Assembly: GCA_039630245.1 (NCBI GenBank)
Contig: JBCNVK010000005.1
Location: 47,648-111,647, forward strand
Direction of reading: 5' to 3'
Source of the DNA: Bacteroidia bacterium
GTDB taxonomy: Bacteria > Bacteroidota > Bacteroidia > SpSt-205
Length of the DNA: 64,000 nt
The position numbers and the translations under genes are program-made. The notes under the pieces are model-generated. The model saw nothing but the letters and a program-made list of their open reading frames with translations. It was not told where the DNA came from and did no database searches. Shown here one piece after another: positions 17,338 through 26,583 of the stretch. How positions within the stretch are numbered: the first letter of the stretch is position 1; every line of letters begins with the position of its first letter.

Positions 17338-18294
17338 ACTAATCTGTTGTGCCCCGCCGCGCAGACTGAATATATCGGTACGGCCGGTCTGGCGGCGCAG
17401 CGCATAGGCAATTTGCCGACTACGCTCACCCTGCTCGCATACTATAATCACTGGCTGGCCTGAAAGCCGCCACTGGACCCAATTATACCAAGGGAGGTGT
17501 TGGGCCGGTACAGGCAGGGGGGGAAGGGGATTTTCGCGCAGGTCTATCCATTGGGCCGTAGGGAAGGCTTGTGTCGCTTCCCAGGAAAGCTCCAGCGGAG
17601 CGACTGGCTCAGCTGCCTCTAAGGCGAAGCTCTGCATGAGACCGCGCAGAAGGTCTAAGCGAAAGAGGATATTGACGGGCGCTAAGGCGGGCTGGGCTAA
17701 ATACTGAGCCGCTAAGGCCGCTTGAAGGGCCCCTACTACCCCTGGAAGGGCCCCTAAAACGCCGCCTATACTACAGCTAGGACCGCCCTCTTCGGCGCCG
17801 AAAAAATCCCTGTACCGCACCCCGACGAGCAGAGCCGCTTGCCCCTCCCCCTGATATACGGAGCCATATACCCAAGGCTTTTGGCAGGTGGCCGCCGCTT
17901 CATCCAGCGCCAGGCGGCTTGCAAGGTTGTCGGTGCCATCAATCCAAATGCCAGCGGCTTTGCCATATGTCTCTAAAAAGGCTCTATCGGCCCATACAGC
18001 GTGGGTTTCTACCTTCAAGTCGGGGCGCAAGCGGCGAAGGTGAGCGGCCAAAACTTCTACCTTAGGCTTACCTAAATCGGCTTCTGTATAGAGGGGCTGG
18101 CGGTGCAGATTTGCCTCGGCTACCGCGTCTGGGTCGGCTAAAATGAGCTTACCGATCCCCATGGCGGCTAAGTAGAGCGCCGCCGGTTGCCCTATGCCAC
18201 CTACGCCTACCACCAGCGCTGTGCTAGCCCCTAATTTTTCCTGGCTCCAGCCTGGGAGGCGCTGCTGCGGCTCGTAGCGCGAACTAGTTGCCAT
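17314..18294 (-). CDS. ThiF/MoeB-family E1-like adenylyltransferase with a C-terminal rhodanese domain (MoeZ type)
   Basis: Rossmann motif VVGVGGIGQPAALYLAAMGIGKL. The C-terminal CEQGERS region resembles a rhodanese active site. Confidence 0.7.
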   Translation of the reverse strand: MATSSRYEPQQRLPGWSQEKLGASTALVVGVGGIGQPAALYLAAMGIGKLILADPDAVAEANLHRQPLYTEADLGKPKVEVLAAHLRRLRPDLKVETHAVWADRAFLETYGKAAGIWIDGTDNLASRLALDEAAATCQKPWVYGSVYQGEGQAALLVGVRYRDFFGAEEGGPSCSIGGVLGALPGVVGALQAALAAQYLAQPALAPVNILFRLDLLRGLMQSFALEAAEPVAPLELSWEATQAFPTAQWIDLRENPLPPLPVPAQHLPWYNWVQWRLSGQPVIIVCEQGERSRQIAYALRRQTGRTDIFSLRGGAQQISLGLGQNS

Positions 18295-19954
18295 ACCGCG
18301 GGCGTATTTCGCCCTTTTCGTATTCCCAGAGGCGGAAGCGATAGCGTTCGCACTGAGGGGGGAGGAGATAAGTATTCAGAAGACCAAGCATCTCTTTGCG
18401 GGGCAGGGGAGCGTTAGGGGTATAAGCGTTACTAAGCGTGGCTATCCAGAGGGCGGCGTCATACCCCTGCGCATGGTAAAGTGTACCAGGCTGAGCAAAA
18501 AGCTGGCGTACACGCTGATTTAGGCTCCGCCAGGCCGCACTATCAGGCAGAAATACCTGCGGTATCCAGATCCGAAGGCGACGGTAATCTCTAAAGTAAG
18601 TGTATTGGAAATCGTTCCAAGTAGCCATACCTATTACGAGCGGGGGGAGAGAGTCCCTTCCCAGCTTGTGGAGCAAGAAGCCCAATAAGTCTTCACGGTT
18701 GCAGGCAAGGGTGTACCAGCTAAGCCCTTGAAGGGAGTCTTTGAGGGTGGCCCAGCGCTGGGTTAGCTCTTTGAGGTCGGAGGGCAGTGCGTAGAGAGGA
18801 CAGGGCCGAACCTGCCTAAACCCCTCGGCAAAAGCTACTGCCTGAGGGTCGGAGGCGTCGTAAAGGCATACCCCTGACCCATTTCCTTCAAGTTCCTTTC
18901 GGAGTTGCGCGCCTACGAATTGGCCCTGGCACTCTGCAGGAGGAAGCAGCGGAAAGGTATAGGGGTACTTAGGGTAAGCGGTGTTGATGGGCACGGCCTG
19001 CCAGATGCCTTTGCGCGCACAGAAGCTGCTAAGGGTTTGGTTGAGGCTCCAAGAAACCTCTCCTATGAGGATGTGGGGTGGGTGGGTTTCCCACTGCAAG
19101 AGGATTTCTTGAAGGCGGAGCGGATTGCGCTCGCTATCCTCTACGCGCACTTCCCAGACATAGTAAGGTGAGCGCGCCTCCCGAAGGCCCAGCTCAAATC
19201 CCTGCCAGAATTCCAAAAAGGGAGATGGTTTCTCCTGATTGGCTAAGAAAGGCATTAGAAGGGCTATGCGCAGGGTTTCGGGAGAGAGGGTATCTACCAG
19301 AGCAGCCCAGCTCCAAGGTAGGTGGGTCTCCTCGCCGCAGCGATAGCGGATTTCTTTTTCCCTTAGGCGCCAGAGCTCCCAGTAGCACCCCTGCCGAAGC
19401 TGATACAAAAGGGCTGGCAAAAAATAGGCTTGCAGGAGCGGGTGCCCCTCGTCAATGTAGGTCCATAAGAAACCCAAGTCCGCCTCATAATAGGCGAAAT
19501 GAGTCAGGCGATAGGCCGCTTCAGTGCGTAGAGCTGGGGGAGTGTGAGGACTCTCTAAAAGGTCACGCAGGAGAAAGAGCGCCTCTTTGCGGGTAGAGCG
19601 CTTTCTAAGCAGTAAGTCGGCGCGCCAGTAGGTGGCTTCGCAGCCTAGAGCAGAATGCGGCGTATATTGCGAGAGGCGGTACCAGTAGCCAAGGGCTTCA
19701 TTTTCGCGCCCGACGCGTGCAGCTACGTACCCTCGCAGAAGGAGGCTCTCCCAGCGTATGAGGCTATCGGGGCTTTCCTGGAGCTTTTGGAGCTGCCGCT
19801 GGGCGTTTAAGGTAAGGCCGCGCTGAATGGCCTGATATACAGGGGCCAAGGGGCTGGAGGGAGCCTGCGCCCAAGCCCCACAGCCTATCCCTATGCAGAG
19901 GAGCGCTAAGCTACTCCCACTCAATTGTAGCGGGCGGCTTAGTGGAGATATCAT
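18284..19954 (-). CDS. Lipoprotein with N-terminal TPR-like helices and a type-1 periplasmic-binding-fold C-terminal domain. It is possibly an LpoA-like PBP activator.
   Basis: Signal plus lipobox-like CIGIGCG. The domain architecture is inferred from the sequence pattern only. Confidence 0.3.
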   Translation of the reverse strand: MISPLSRPLQLSGSSLALLCIGIGCGAWAQAPSSPLAPVYQAIQRGLTLNAQRQLQKLQESPDSLIRWESLLLRGYVAARVGRENEALGYWYRLSQYTPHSALGCEATYWRADLLLRKRSTRKEALFLLRDLLESPHTPPALRTEAAYRLTHFAYYEADLGFLWTYIDEGHPLLQAYFLPALLYQLRQGCYWELWRLREKEIRYRCGEETHLPWSWAALVDTLSPETLRIALLMPFLANQEKPSPFLEFWQGFELGLREARSPYYVWEVRVEDSERNPLRLQEILLQWETHPPHILIGEVSWSLNQTLSSFCARKGIWQAVPINTAYPKYPYTFPLLPPAECQGQFVGAQLRKELEGNGSGVCLYDASDPQAVAFAEGFRQVRPCPLYALPSDLKELTQRWATLKDSLQGLSWYTLACNREDLLGFLLHKLGRDSLPPLVIGMATWNDFQYTYFRDYRRLRIWIPQVFLPDSAAWRSLNQRVRQLFAQPGTLYHAQGYDAALWIATLSNAYTPNAPLPRKEMLGLLNTYLLPPQCERYRFRLWEYEKGEIRPRYGN

Positions 19955-21425
19955 ACACTACCCGGCTCACGTCAGGTACCTCGGCTAAGATGCGTTGGGC
20001 GGCCTCTTCTAAAAGCTCGTGGGGCAGGGCTACAGGTGTAGCCGTCATGCCATCCGTACTATGAACGGCCCGTAGGGCGATAACCTCGCCGTAAAGCCGC
20101 TGGTCTCCGCCCACTCCTACACTGCGTAGAGGTAGAAGTACGGCGAAGGCCTGCCACGTGCGGTCGTACCAGCCGTGCCGACGAAGGGTTTCTAAAAAAA
20201 TAGCATCGGCCTGGCGGAGGCGTTCTATGCGCGCAGGTGTGATAGACCCCAGGATACGCACCGCTAAGCCGGGGCCTGGAAAAGGGTGGCGCTGGAGAAA
20301 CCTTTCTGGCAGGCCTAACGCCCGCCCTATCGCGCGCACCTCGTCTTTGAAGAAAAGACGCAAGGGTTCTACCAGCCTAAGCCCCAGCCGATCCGGTAAG
20401 CCGCCTACATTATGATGAGACTTAATGCGGGCGGCTACTTCTGTACCGCTCTCTACCACATCGGGATAGATAGTGCCCTGAACCAGATACTGCACAGACC
20501 CGAGCTGCTGGGCTGCTTCTTCAAAAACCTGAATGAATAAGCGTCCAATAATTTGGCGCTTAGCCTCAGGGTCCGTAATGCCCTCTAAGGCAGTGTAAAA
20601 AAGATTGCGAGCGTCTATAAGCTGAACTGGAAGGCCGACGGCTTTGTAGGCGCTTAGGACCTCTTCGGTCTCACCCTGGCGCAGTAGGCCTGTATCCACG
20701 AAAATCCCCTGGAACCGGTCACCGATAGCGCGATAGGCTAAGGTGGCCGCTACCGTAGAGTCAATACCCCCTGAAAGAGCGCCTATGGCTCGGCCGGAGG
20801 GCATTTGCTTTTGGAGTTCGGCTATAAGGGTAGGTATTTGGGTCTCGGGCTTCCAACTGCCCGAAAACCCGCAAATGGCGTAGAGGAAATTCTGCAGGAT
20901 TTGGGTGCCGATCTCCGTGTGGGCTACTTCAGGGTGAAATTGGACGGCGTAAAGCCGCTCAGAGGGCATTTCGTAGGCGGCTATGGGTATGGTGCGGGTG
21001 CGGGCTGTGGCTAGGGCGTTGGGGGGGAGGTGAGTGATAGTATCGCTATGGCTCATCCATACTCGGCTGCGAAGGGGTACACCCTGCCAGAGGGGGGAGG
21101 TAGGGCAGAGTACGTCTAGCTCTGCCGGGCCAAACTCGCGCGCGTAGCTTTCTTGTACAAGGCCGCCGTAATGTGCAGCTAGCCACTGCGCACTGTAGCA
21201 AATCGCTAAGATAGGTCGCTGTCCGACCCAAGCCGTAGGCAAAGCTGGCCCGCTAGAAACGGAAGCGTAGCTTCCAGAAAGTATAATTCCCTTGACGAAG
21301 GAGGGCAGCTCAGAACTTACCTGTGGCCACGGTATAAGCTCTGCATATACCCCGAGCTCCCGTGCGCGCCGTACAATCAGTAAGCTGTACTGAGACCCGA
21401 AGTCTACAACCCACAGCCGCTCCAC
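19911..21425 (-). CDS. guaA: GMP synthase (glutamine-hydrolysing)
   Basis: N-terminal GATase VVDFGSQYSLLIVRRARELGVY, the PP-loop SGGIDSTV, and a C-terminal ...IEWE. Confidence 0.9.
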   Translation of the reverse strand: MERLWVVDFGSQYSLLIVRRARELGVYAELIPWPQVSSELPSFVKGIILSGSYASVSSGPALPTAWVGQRPILAICYSAQWLAAHYGGLVQESYAREFGPAELDVLCPTSPLWQGVPLRSRVWMSHSDTITHLPPNALATARTRTIPIAAYEMPSERLYAVQFHPEVAHTEIGTQILQNFLYAICGFSGSWKPETQIPTLIAELQKQMPSGRAIGALSGGIDSTVAATLAYRAIGDRFQGIFVDTGLLRQGETEEVLSAYKAVGLPVQLIDARNLFYTALEGITDPEAKRQIIGRLFIQVFEEAAQQLGSVQYLVQGTIYPDVVESGTEVAARIKSHHNVGGLPDRLGLRLVEPLRLFFKDEVRAIGRALGLPERFLQRHPFPGPGLAVRILGSITPARIERLRQADAIFLETLRRHGWYDRTWQAFAVLLPLRSVGVGGDQRLYGEVIALRAVHSTDGMTATPVALPHELLEEAAQRILAEVPDVSRVVYDISTKPPATIEWE

Positions 21426-22051
21426 TACCCGCCCTGTGCGGATCGGAAGTGCTTATCGGCCTGTTCCCAATTCACTACGTTCCACCAGGCCTTTATATAG
21501 TCGGCCCGGCGATTCTGATAGCGCAGGTAGTAGGCGTGCTCCCATACATCTAGTCCTAAGATGGGACGCCCTTTGAATTCGCTGATGTCCATGAGCGGAT
21601 TATCCTGATTGGGGGTAGAGCCGATTTCCAGCTTGCCGTCCTTCCAGACGAGCCAGGCCCAGCCCGAGCCAAAGCGGCCCAAAGCTGCGGCGGTGAATTT
21701 TTCCTGAAAGGCCTCAAAGCTACCGAAGGTGCTCTGGATAGCCTCAGCGAGCGCCCCCACGGGTCGTCCTGGGCTTTTAGGCGTCATAAGCGGCCAGAAA
21801 AAGCTGTGATTCCAGTGGCCACCGCCGTTATTGCGCACCGCCGTGCGAATATCCTCCGGTAGACGGCTGATATTGGCCAAAATCTCCTCAAATGACTTAG
21901 CAGCCCAATCGGGATACTTCTCTAAGGCTGCTTTGAGATTATTGAGATAGGTGCCATGGTGCTTCTGGTGGTGTATTTCCATCGTCATTTTGTCTATATG
22001 CGGCTCTAAGGCATCGTAAGGGTAGGGAAGCTCAGGCAGGACGAACTCCAT
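21425..22051 (-). CDS. Fe/Mn superoxide dismutase
   Basis: HHQKHH and DVWEHAYYL motifs. The start is set at the ATG that gives [10 protein letters not shown]. Confidence 0.85.
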   Translation of the reverse strand: MEFVLPELPYPYDALEPHIDKMTMEIHHQKHHGTYLNNLKAALEKYPDWAAKSFEEILANISRLPEDIRTAVRNNGGGHWNHSFFWPLMTPKSPGRPVGALAEAIQSTFGSFEAFQEKFTAAALGRFGSGWAWLVWKDGKLEIGSTPNQDNPLMDISEFKGRPILGLDVWEHAYYLRYQNRRADYIKAWWNVVNWEQADKHFRSAQGG

Positions 22052-22078
22052 AAGCCAAAGGTACGACAAAGAAAGGTA

Positions 22079-23455
22079 TCAGGGCGGGCAAAATAGACGG
22101 GTTTGCCACTCGTCTATAGTTAGCAGGTAGAGCCCGAGAGGGTTAGGAGGAAGCGGGAGAGTGAGATGCGGTCCGTGGATGTAGCCTTCGGCGAGCAGGC
22201 GGCCCGCCGTATCCAGTAGGCACCACCGCCGCCCTATATAAGGGGTTGGAAGCTCTAAATACAGAGTTCCTGCAGAGCAGAAAGACCGCGGTGTAGAATA
22301 GGAGGAGAACGGTCTCAGGAAAGTACTAAGGCTGAGAGTGAAAGTAGTTTCAGCGGTGCATCCGTGCGCGTCCCGCACAATTACCTGGTAGGTGCCCGGC
22401 CCAAGGCCGGTAGGATTAGGGCCGGTAAAGCCATGGCTCCAGATGTATTGATAGGGTGGCTGCCCTCCTTGAACACTGAGGCTAATGCTGCCGCTATTAG
22501 GGTTATCAGGGGTAGGGGGCGAAATCTGCGCAGAGAGGGAAAGGCGAGGATAGGCGCAGGTAGTGGAGTAGGTTATAAAGGTAGAGGCCAAGCTCGCCAG
22601 CGTATCTATGAAGCGTGCGGGACAGCTATCCCTAAGATAAGCATTCAGAAAGGGCCTTAGGATCCGAAGAGTAAGGGCCTGCTGCTGGGCGCGCGTGAGC
22701 GTGATGGTAGAGCCTGCGCTATTTTCACCGAAGTCACAGGCTGCATCAGGGTTAGCAAAGTAGCAGTGGCCCCCACCTGTAAGGCTGACGTAAGCCTTAC
22801 AAGTAGCTGCAAGGTTGTTATAAATAGGTAGCTGATGCTGGCGAGGGGGAGTCACGCTATCTCCCGAACCAGCTATAATGAGGGTAGGCAGGGTTACCTG
22901 GGCGGCTGCTTGAATGGCGGAAGGATTAGTGTTAGCGGCTGCTAGGCCTACTACGCAGTGCGCGCCAGAGAAGTTAGCGGCGGCTAAGATGGCGCAGCCG
23001 CCCCCCATAGAGTGTCCCATCAGTGCAAGGCGCGGATAAATACGCCCGTAGAAAGGGCTAAAAGGATTTTGCCCTTCGGCTAAAAGGCGCTCGCCCACTA
23101 GCCGCAGGTCCAGCGCAAAGTCCCTATGGCTAGGGGAAAAACCGCCCTCCGTGCGTGGGAGGGCTACTATGTACCCCGCAGGTACTAACTCTTCCCATAA
23201 GTTCTGGTAGGCTGACCAAGGCATAAGAAATCCGTGACCAATAAGTATTACGGGAAAAGCGCCAGTCTGAATGGGTGTATTGTCCCCCGCTTGCACGGCG
23301 GGGTAATAGATCTCGGTTTGGATCTGTCGGCCCGGGCCGCCGCCCGATCCAAATCCTCCGCTGCGCGTGGGATCGTTGAAGACAAAAGTGCGATGACCTA
23401 TTTGGGCAAAAGCCGCAAGGCCTAAGAAAAGAGGTAGTCCAAAAAGTTGTTGCAT
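22079..23455 (-). CDS. Secreted alpha/beta hydrolase (lipase/esterase-like) with an SprB repeat and a probable T9SS C-terminal domain
   Basis: Signal peptide. GHSMGG nucleophile elbow. An SprB-type repeat: GGQPPYQYIW...GPGTYQVIVRDAHGC. The C-terminal ~70 aa is a weak CTD. Confidence 0.55.
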   Translation of the reverse strand: MQQLFGLPLFLGLAAFAQIGHRTFVFNDPTRSGGFGSGGGPGRQIQTEIYYPAVQAGDNTPIQTGAFPVILIGHGFLMPWSAYQNLWEELVPAGYIVALPRTEGGFSPSHRDFALDLRLVGERLLAEGQNPFSPFYGRIYPRLALMGHSMGGGCAILAAANFSGAHCVVGLAAANTNPSAIQAAAQVTLPTLIIAGSGDSVTPPRQHQLPIYNNLAATCKAYVSLTGGGHCYFANPDAACDFGENSAGSTITLTRAQQQALTLRILRPFLNAYLRDSCPARFIDTLASLASTFITYSTTCAYPRLSLSAQISPPTPDNPNSGSISLSVQGGQPPYQYIWSHGFTGPNPTGLGPGTYQVIVRDAHGCTAETTFTLSLSTFLRPFSSYSTPRSFCSAGTLYLELPTPYIGRRWCLLDTAGRLLAEGYIHGPHLTLPLPPNPLGLYLLTIDEWQTRLFCPP

Positions 23456-23501
23456 AATCTAGGAGTTCAACAAAAAACCCCTATCCCCTTCAGGTTGTGC
23501 T

Positions 23502-23509
23502 TATCTTTG
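23502..23509 (+). promoter_or_regulatory. -7 box TATCTTTG, 6 nt upstream of the ATG (23516) of the M1 peptidase
   Basis: Matches TAnnTTTG. Confidence 0.4.
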
Positions 23510-23515
23510 GGCAGC

Positions 23516-26500
23516 ATGAGAAAGGAATGGGCCTGCTCTCTCCTTAGCCTGGGTGTCTGGGGCTGGGCGCAGCGGCCGTACTTCCAGCAGCGCGTGGAGT
23601 ACCAAATCAAGGTACAGTTGGATGCCCAGCAGCATCTCCTGAGGGGGCATATTCGCTTTGTCTATCGCAACAATAGCCCTGATACGCTCCCAGGGCTTTA
23701 TATCCATCTATGGCCTAATGCTTACAGTCGTAGGGGCACAGCCTTAGATAAACAGCAGCGCGCCAGAGGCGAAAGCCGCTTCTTTTTTGCGCGTAAAAAT
23801 GAGCGCGGCTACATAGACAGCCTGGACTTTCGGGTAGATGGCGTACCAGTACGACCTCTACCAGCCTGGCGCGGACCTAAGCCGGCTGAAGGCCATCCAC
23901 GCCGGCTTCTCAAAAGTGCCCCCGACGTGGTATGGCTTCCTTTTCCCACACCCCTTCCCCCAGCGGGGCACCTGACTGTGGAGACACCTTTTCGGGTAAA
24001 GCTTCCGCCTATTTTCTCTCGCTTAGGTCACGACGGAAGCCAATATGCGATTACCCAGTGGTACCCTAAGCCGGCTGTGTATGATGCCCGCGGATGGCAT
24101 CCGCTTCCCTACTTAGACCAAGGGGAGTTTTACAGCGAGTGGGGCCGATATGAGGTGGAAATCACTGTGCCGCAGAATTTTGTCGTAGCCGCTTCGGGCG
24201 TTTTACAGACGCCAGAGGAATGGCGCTGGCTGCGCCAGCGGGAGCTGGAAACCCGCCAGTGGATAGCCCAGCAGCCCGACACCCCCACCGCTGAGGAAAA
24301 AGTGCGCCGATTTTTGATAGTGAGCTTTAGACTCAGTGGGGGCAAAGCTACCCTTCCGCTAAATGCTCCCAGCTGGGCTCGCGACGATACGCCTGCCCCT
24401 GCCTACAAGACGCTGAGATTTACTCAGGACAGCATCCATGATTTTGCCTGGTTTGCCGACCCGCGGTATGCGCTGCTAAGCGATAGTACCGCAATAGCCC
24501 CAGGCAAGTGGGTCCGCTGCGTAGCGGTTTTTCGGCTGGAGGATTACCGTTCTTGGCAGTACGTGCCTTCTTACATCGCTGAAGCGCTGCAATCGCTTAG
24601 CGCCTGGGTAGGGCCCTATCCGTATGCGCATGCCACAGCCGTAGAAGGCCCCTTGGCCGCTGGCGGCGGAATGGAATACCCAATGATCACCATTATCAGT
24701 CCTATACGGGATACTTCCCAACTGCGCCGGGTAGTCGTGCATGAGGTGGGGCATAACTGGTTTCAAGGTTTGCTAGGCTCTAACGAACGGCTTCATCCCT
24801 GGCAGGACGAAGGCATCAATAGCTATTATGAGCGCCGAATTATAGAGGCGGATCCCATCTTCTCGGGAGGGGGCGAGGTAATACGCCCTATTGGTCCAGG
24901 GCGCTATACCAGCATACCAGCGGAGATGCTCTTTTACCACCATCTAAATGCCGATGTAGCCCCAGGAGCCTCCAGCTACCACTTTGGGTCTATATCCTAT
25001 GGCTTAGGAGCTTATAACAAGACAGCCTATCTCCTGCGTTCGTTAGTGCTTTCGGTGGGCTCCGAACGGTGGGATGCGGCGATGCAGACCTACTTCCAGC
25101 GCTGGGCCTTTCGCCATCCATATCCCGAAGACTGGGCCGAAAGTTTGGAGTCCCAAGGCGTGCCAGGCCAAGCTATGCTGCGCCTTTTGCGTACAGATCG
25201 TGAGCCCGACCTGCGCCTGCGATTTCGTCGCCTTTCGGACTCCTTATACCAAGTACGCGTGGAGGAGCCTACGCGGCTCCTGCCTCGTCCCTTTCGGGTG
25301 GAAGCTCTAGCAATAGAACGCCCAGGCTGGATAGCCGAACGCTATACCCTACCCTTAGATAGTACGCTTGACCTTTCCCTGCCTCCTTCAGCCCATCTAT
25401 TTGTGGTCAATCCCCAGCTCCTTATTTACGAGCGGCGGGTAGGAAATAACTTTTTCTACCGGCGCCGCTTCTTGCCGGGATGGCGGCGCCTTAAATGGGG
25501 AGTCGTAGCGCCGCTGACGCGTTTTTATCTCTACCAGTATCCTCTGGGCCTGTTACCGGCTTTGGGCTACAACTATCGGGATGGCCTTATGGCAGGGGCT
25601 CTGCTGTACGGAGGGCTCTTTCCTAAGCGCACTTTGGAGTTTCACTTACTACCCTTGTACAGCTTTCTACGTCAGGAGCTGCGGGGAAGTGCAGGGCTTA
25701 CGCTGCGCGCCTTTCCAGCGGATGGGCGGTTACATCTGATTGAAATGCGGCTGCGTACCTCCAATTTTGCGGGACTGTGGCGGGTGAAAGCGGCAGTAGA
25801 AGGCTTCTTGCGGCGTAGTCCTGAGGCGCTCATAGGCTGGCGGCAGGTAGTACGCCTGCGCAGCTATCATCTAGCCTTTCAATCGCCCGAAAAGCTCAGC
25901 TATAATTGGGAAAATGGCGGGCGTCCCGCCTATGTGGCCCTGGACTGGGAAGGCCGCCGAGAAGAAGCCATTACCACGCTCTTTGTAATGGGTTCTGTAG
26001 GCCATGACCTAAGAGGCGGTTTTCGTACCGAAGGAGAGCTCAGGGCTTTCCACCGCTTCCGGCACTGGCATATTTGGGCCCGCCTCTACGGTGGCTGGGT
26101 AAGCGCCGACCGTGCGGATTACCTTCTTTTTCGGCCTGCTGGCTATGATCCTTTCGGGGAGTACGTATTACTTGACCGTTTCCGCGAGGGGAAGGGCGTA
26201 GTACGTAGGCAGTTTCCCGAGAATCAAGGTGGCTGGCGCACGCCAGCTGATACCCTCCGTACCTCAGCCCTCTTAGCGGTAAATTTGGAACTTCCCCTAC
26301 CTTACTGGCACTCTATTGTGCTTCGAACCGATGCTGGCTACCTGCCCCAGATGCGCCGCACCTATTGGGGCATAAGCCTAGGGCTGCCCGTATACCGCTT
26401 TCGGGATAGGCTCTTAGTAGGCGGCTATTTCCCTCTGCTAGGCACAACCTTTGAGGGCGAAAGACCAAAAACGCTAAGGGCAGTAGTGGAGCGCTTCGTG

Positions 26501-26548
26501 TGGCAGATAGAGGTGCCCTTGGATCTGCGTTGGGCCATACCCTGGTAG
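23516..26548 (+). CDS. Large secreted M1-family zinc metallopeptidase
   Basis: HEVGHNWF...(18 aa)...E matches HEXXH-X18-E. It has a signal peptide. About 1010 aa. Confidence 0.65.
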   Translation: MRKEWACSLLSLGVWGWAQRPYFQQRVEYQIKVQLDAQQHLLRGHIRFVYRNNSPDTLPGLYIHLWPNAYSRRGTALDKQQRARGESRFFFARKNERGYIDSLDFRVDGVPVRPLPAWRGPKPAEGHPRRLLKSAPDVVWLPFPTPLPPAGHLTVETPFRVKLPPIFSRLGHDGSQYAITQWYPKPAVYDARGWHPLPYLDQGEFYSEWGRYEVEITVPQNFVVAASGVLQTPEEWRWLRQRELETRQWIAQQPDTPTAEEKVRRFLIVSFRLSGGKATLPLNAPSWARDDTPAPAYKTLRFTQDSIHDFAWFADPRYALLSDSTAIAPGKWVRCVAVFRLEDYRSWQYVPSYIAEALQSLSAWVGPYPYAHATAVEGPLAAGGGMEYPMITIISPIRDTSQLRRVVVHEVGHNWFQGLLGSNERLHPWQDEGINSYYERRIIEADPIFSGGGEVIRPIGPGRYTSIPAEMLFYHHLNADVAPGASSYHFGSISYGLGAYNKTAYLLRSLVLSVGSERWDAAMQTYFQRWAFRHPYPEDWAESLESQGVPGQAMLRLLRTDREPDLRLRFRRLSDSLYQVRVEEPTRLLPRPFRVEALAIERPGWIAERYTLPLDSTLDLSLPPSAHLFVVNPQLLIYERRVGNNFFYRRRFLPGWRRLKWGVVAPLTRFYLYQYPLGLLPALGYNYRDGLMAGALLYGGLFPKRTLEFHLLPLYSFLRQELRGSAGLTLRAFPADGRLHLIEMRLRTSNFAGLWRVKAAVEGFLRRSPEALIGWRQVVRLRSYHLAFQSPEKLSYNWENGGRPAYVALDWEGRREEAITTLFVMGSVGHDLRGGFRTEGELRAFHRFRHWHIWARLYGGWVSADRADYLLFRPAGYDPFGEYVLLDRFREGKGVVRRQFPENQGGWRTPADTLRTSALLAVNLELPLPYWHSIVLRTDAGYLPQMRRTYWGISLGLPVYRFRDRLLVGGYFPLLGTTFEGERPKTLRAVVERFVWQIEVPLDLRWAIPW

Positions 26549-26583
26549 GGCCGTGTGCCGCTACTTTGCTTATCTTAACTCAC

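Noticed and set aside
19078-19596. 172-aa ORF antisense to the LpoA-like lipoprotein gene
   Set aside because: Arg/Pro/Gly-rich, with the composition typical of a wrong-strand reading of GC-rich coding DNA.
23447-23515. ORF-track start of the M1 peptidase at 23447, overlapping the divergent hydrolase start
   Set aside because: The downstream ATG at 23516 gives a proper signal peptide (MRKEWACSLLSLGVWGWAQ) and is preceded by a -7 box. The longer form is unlikely.
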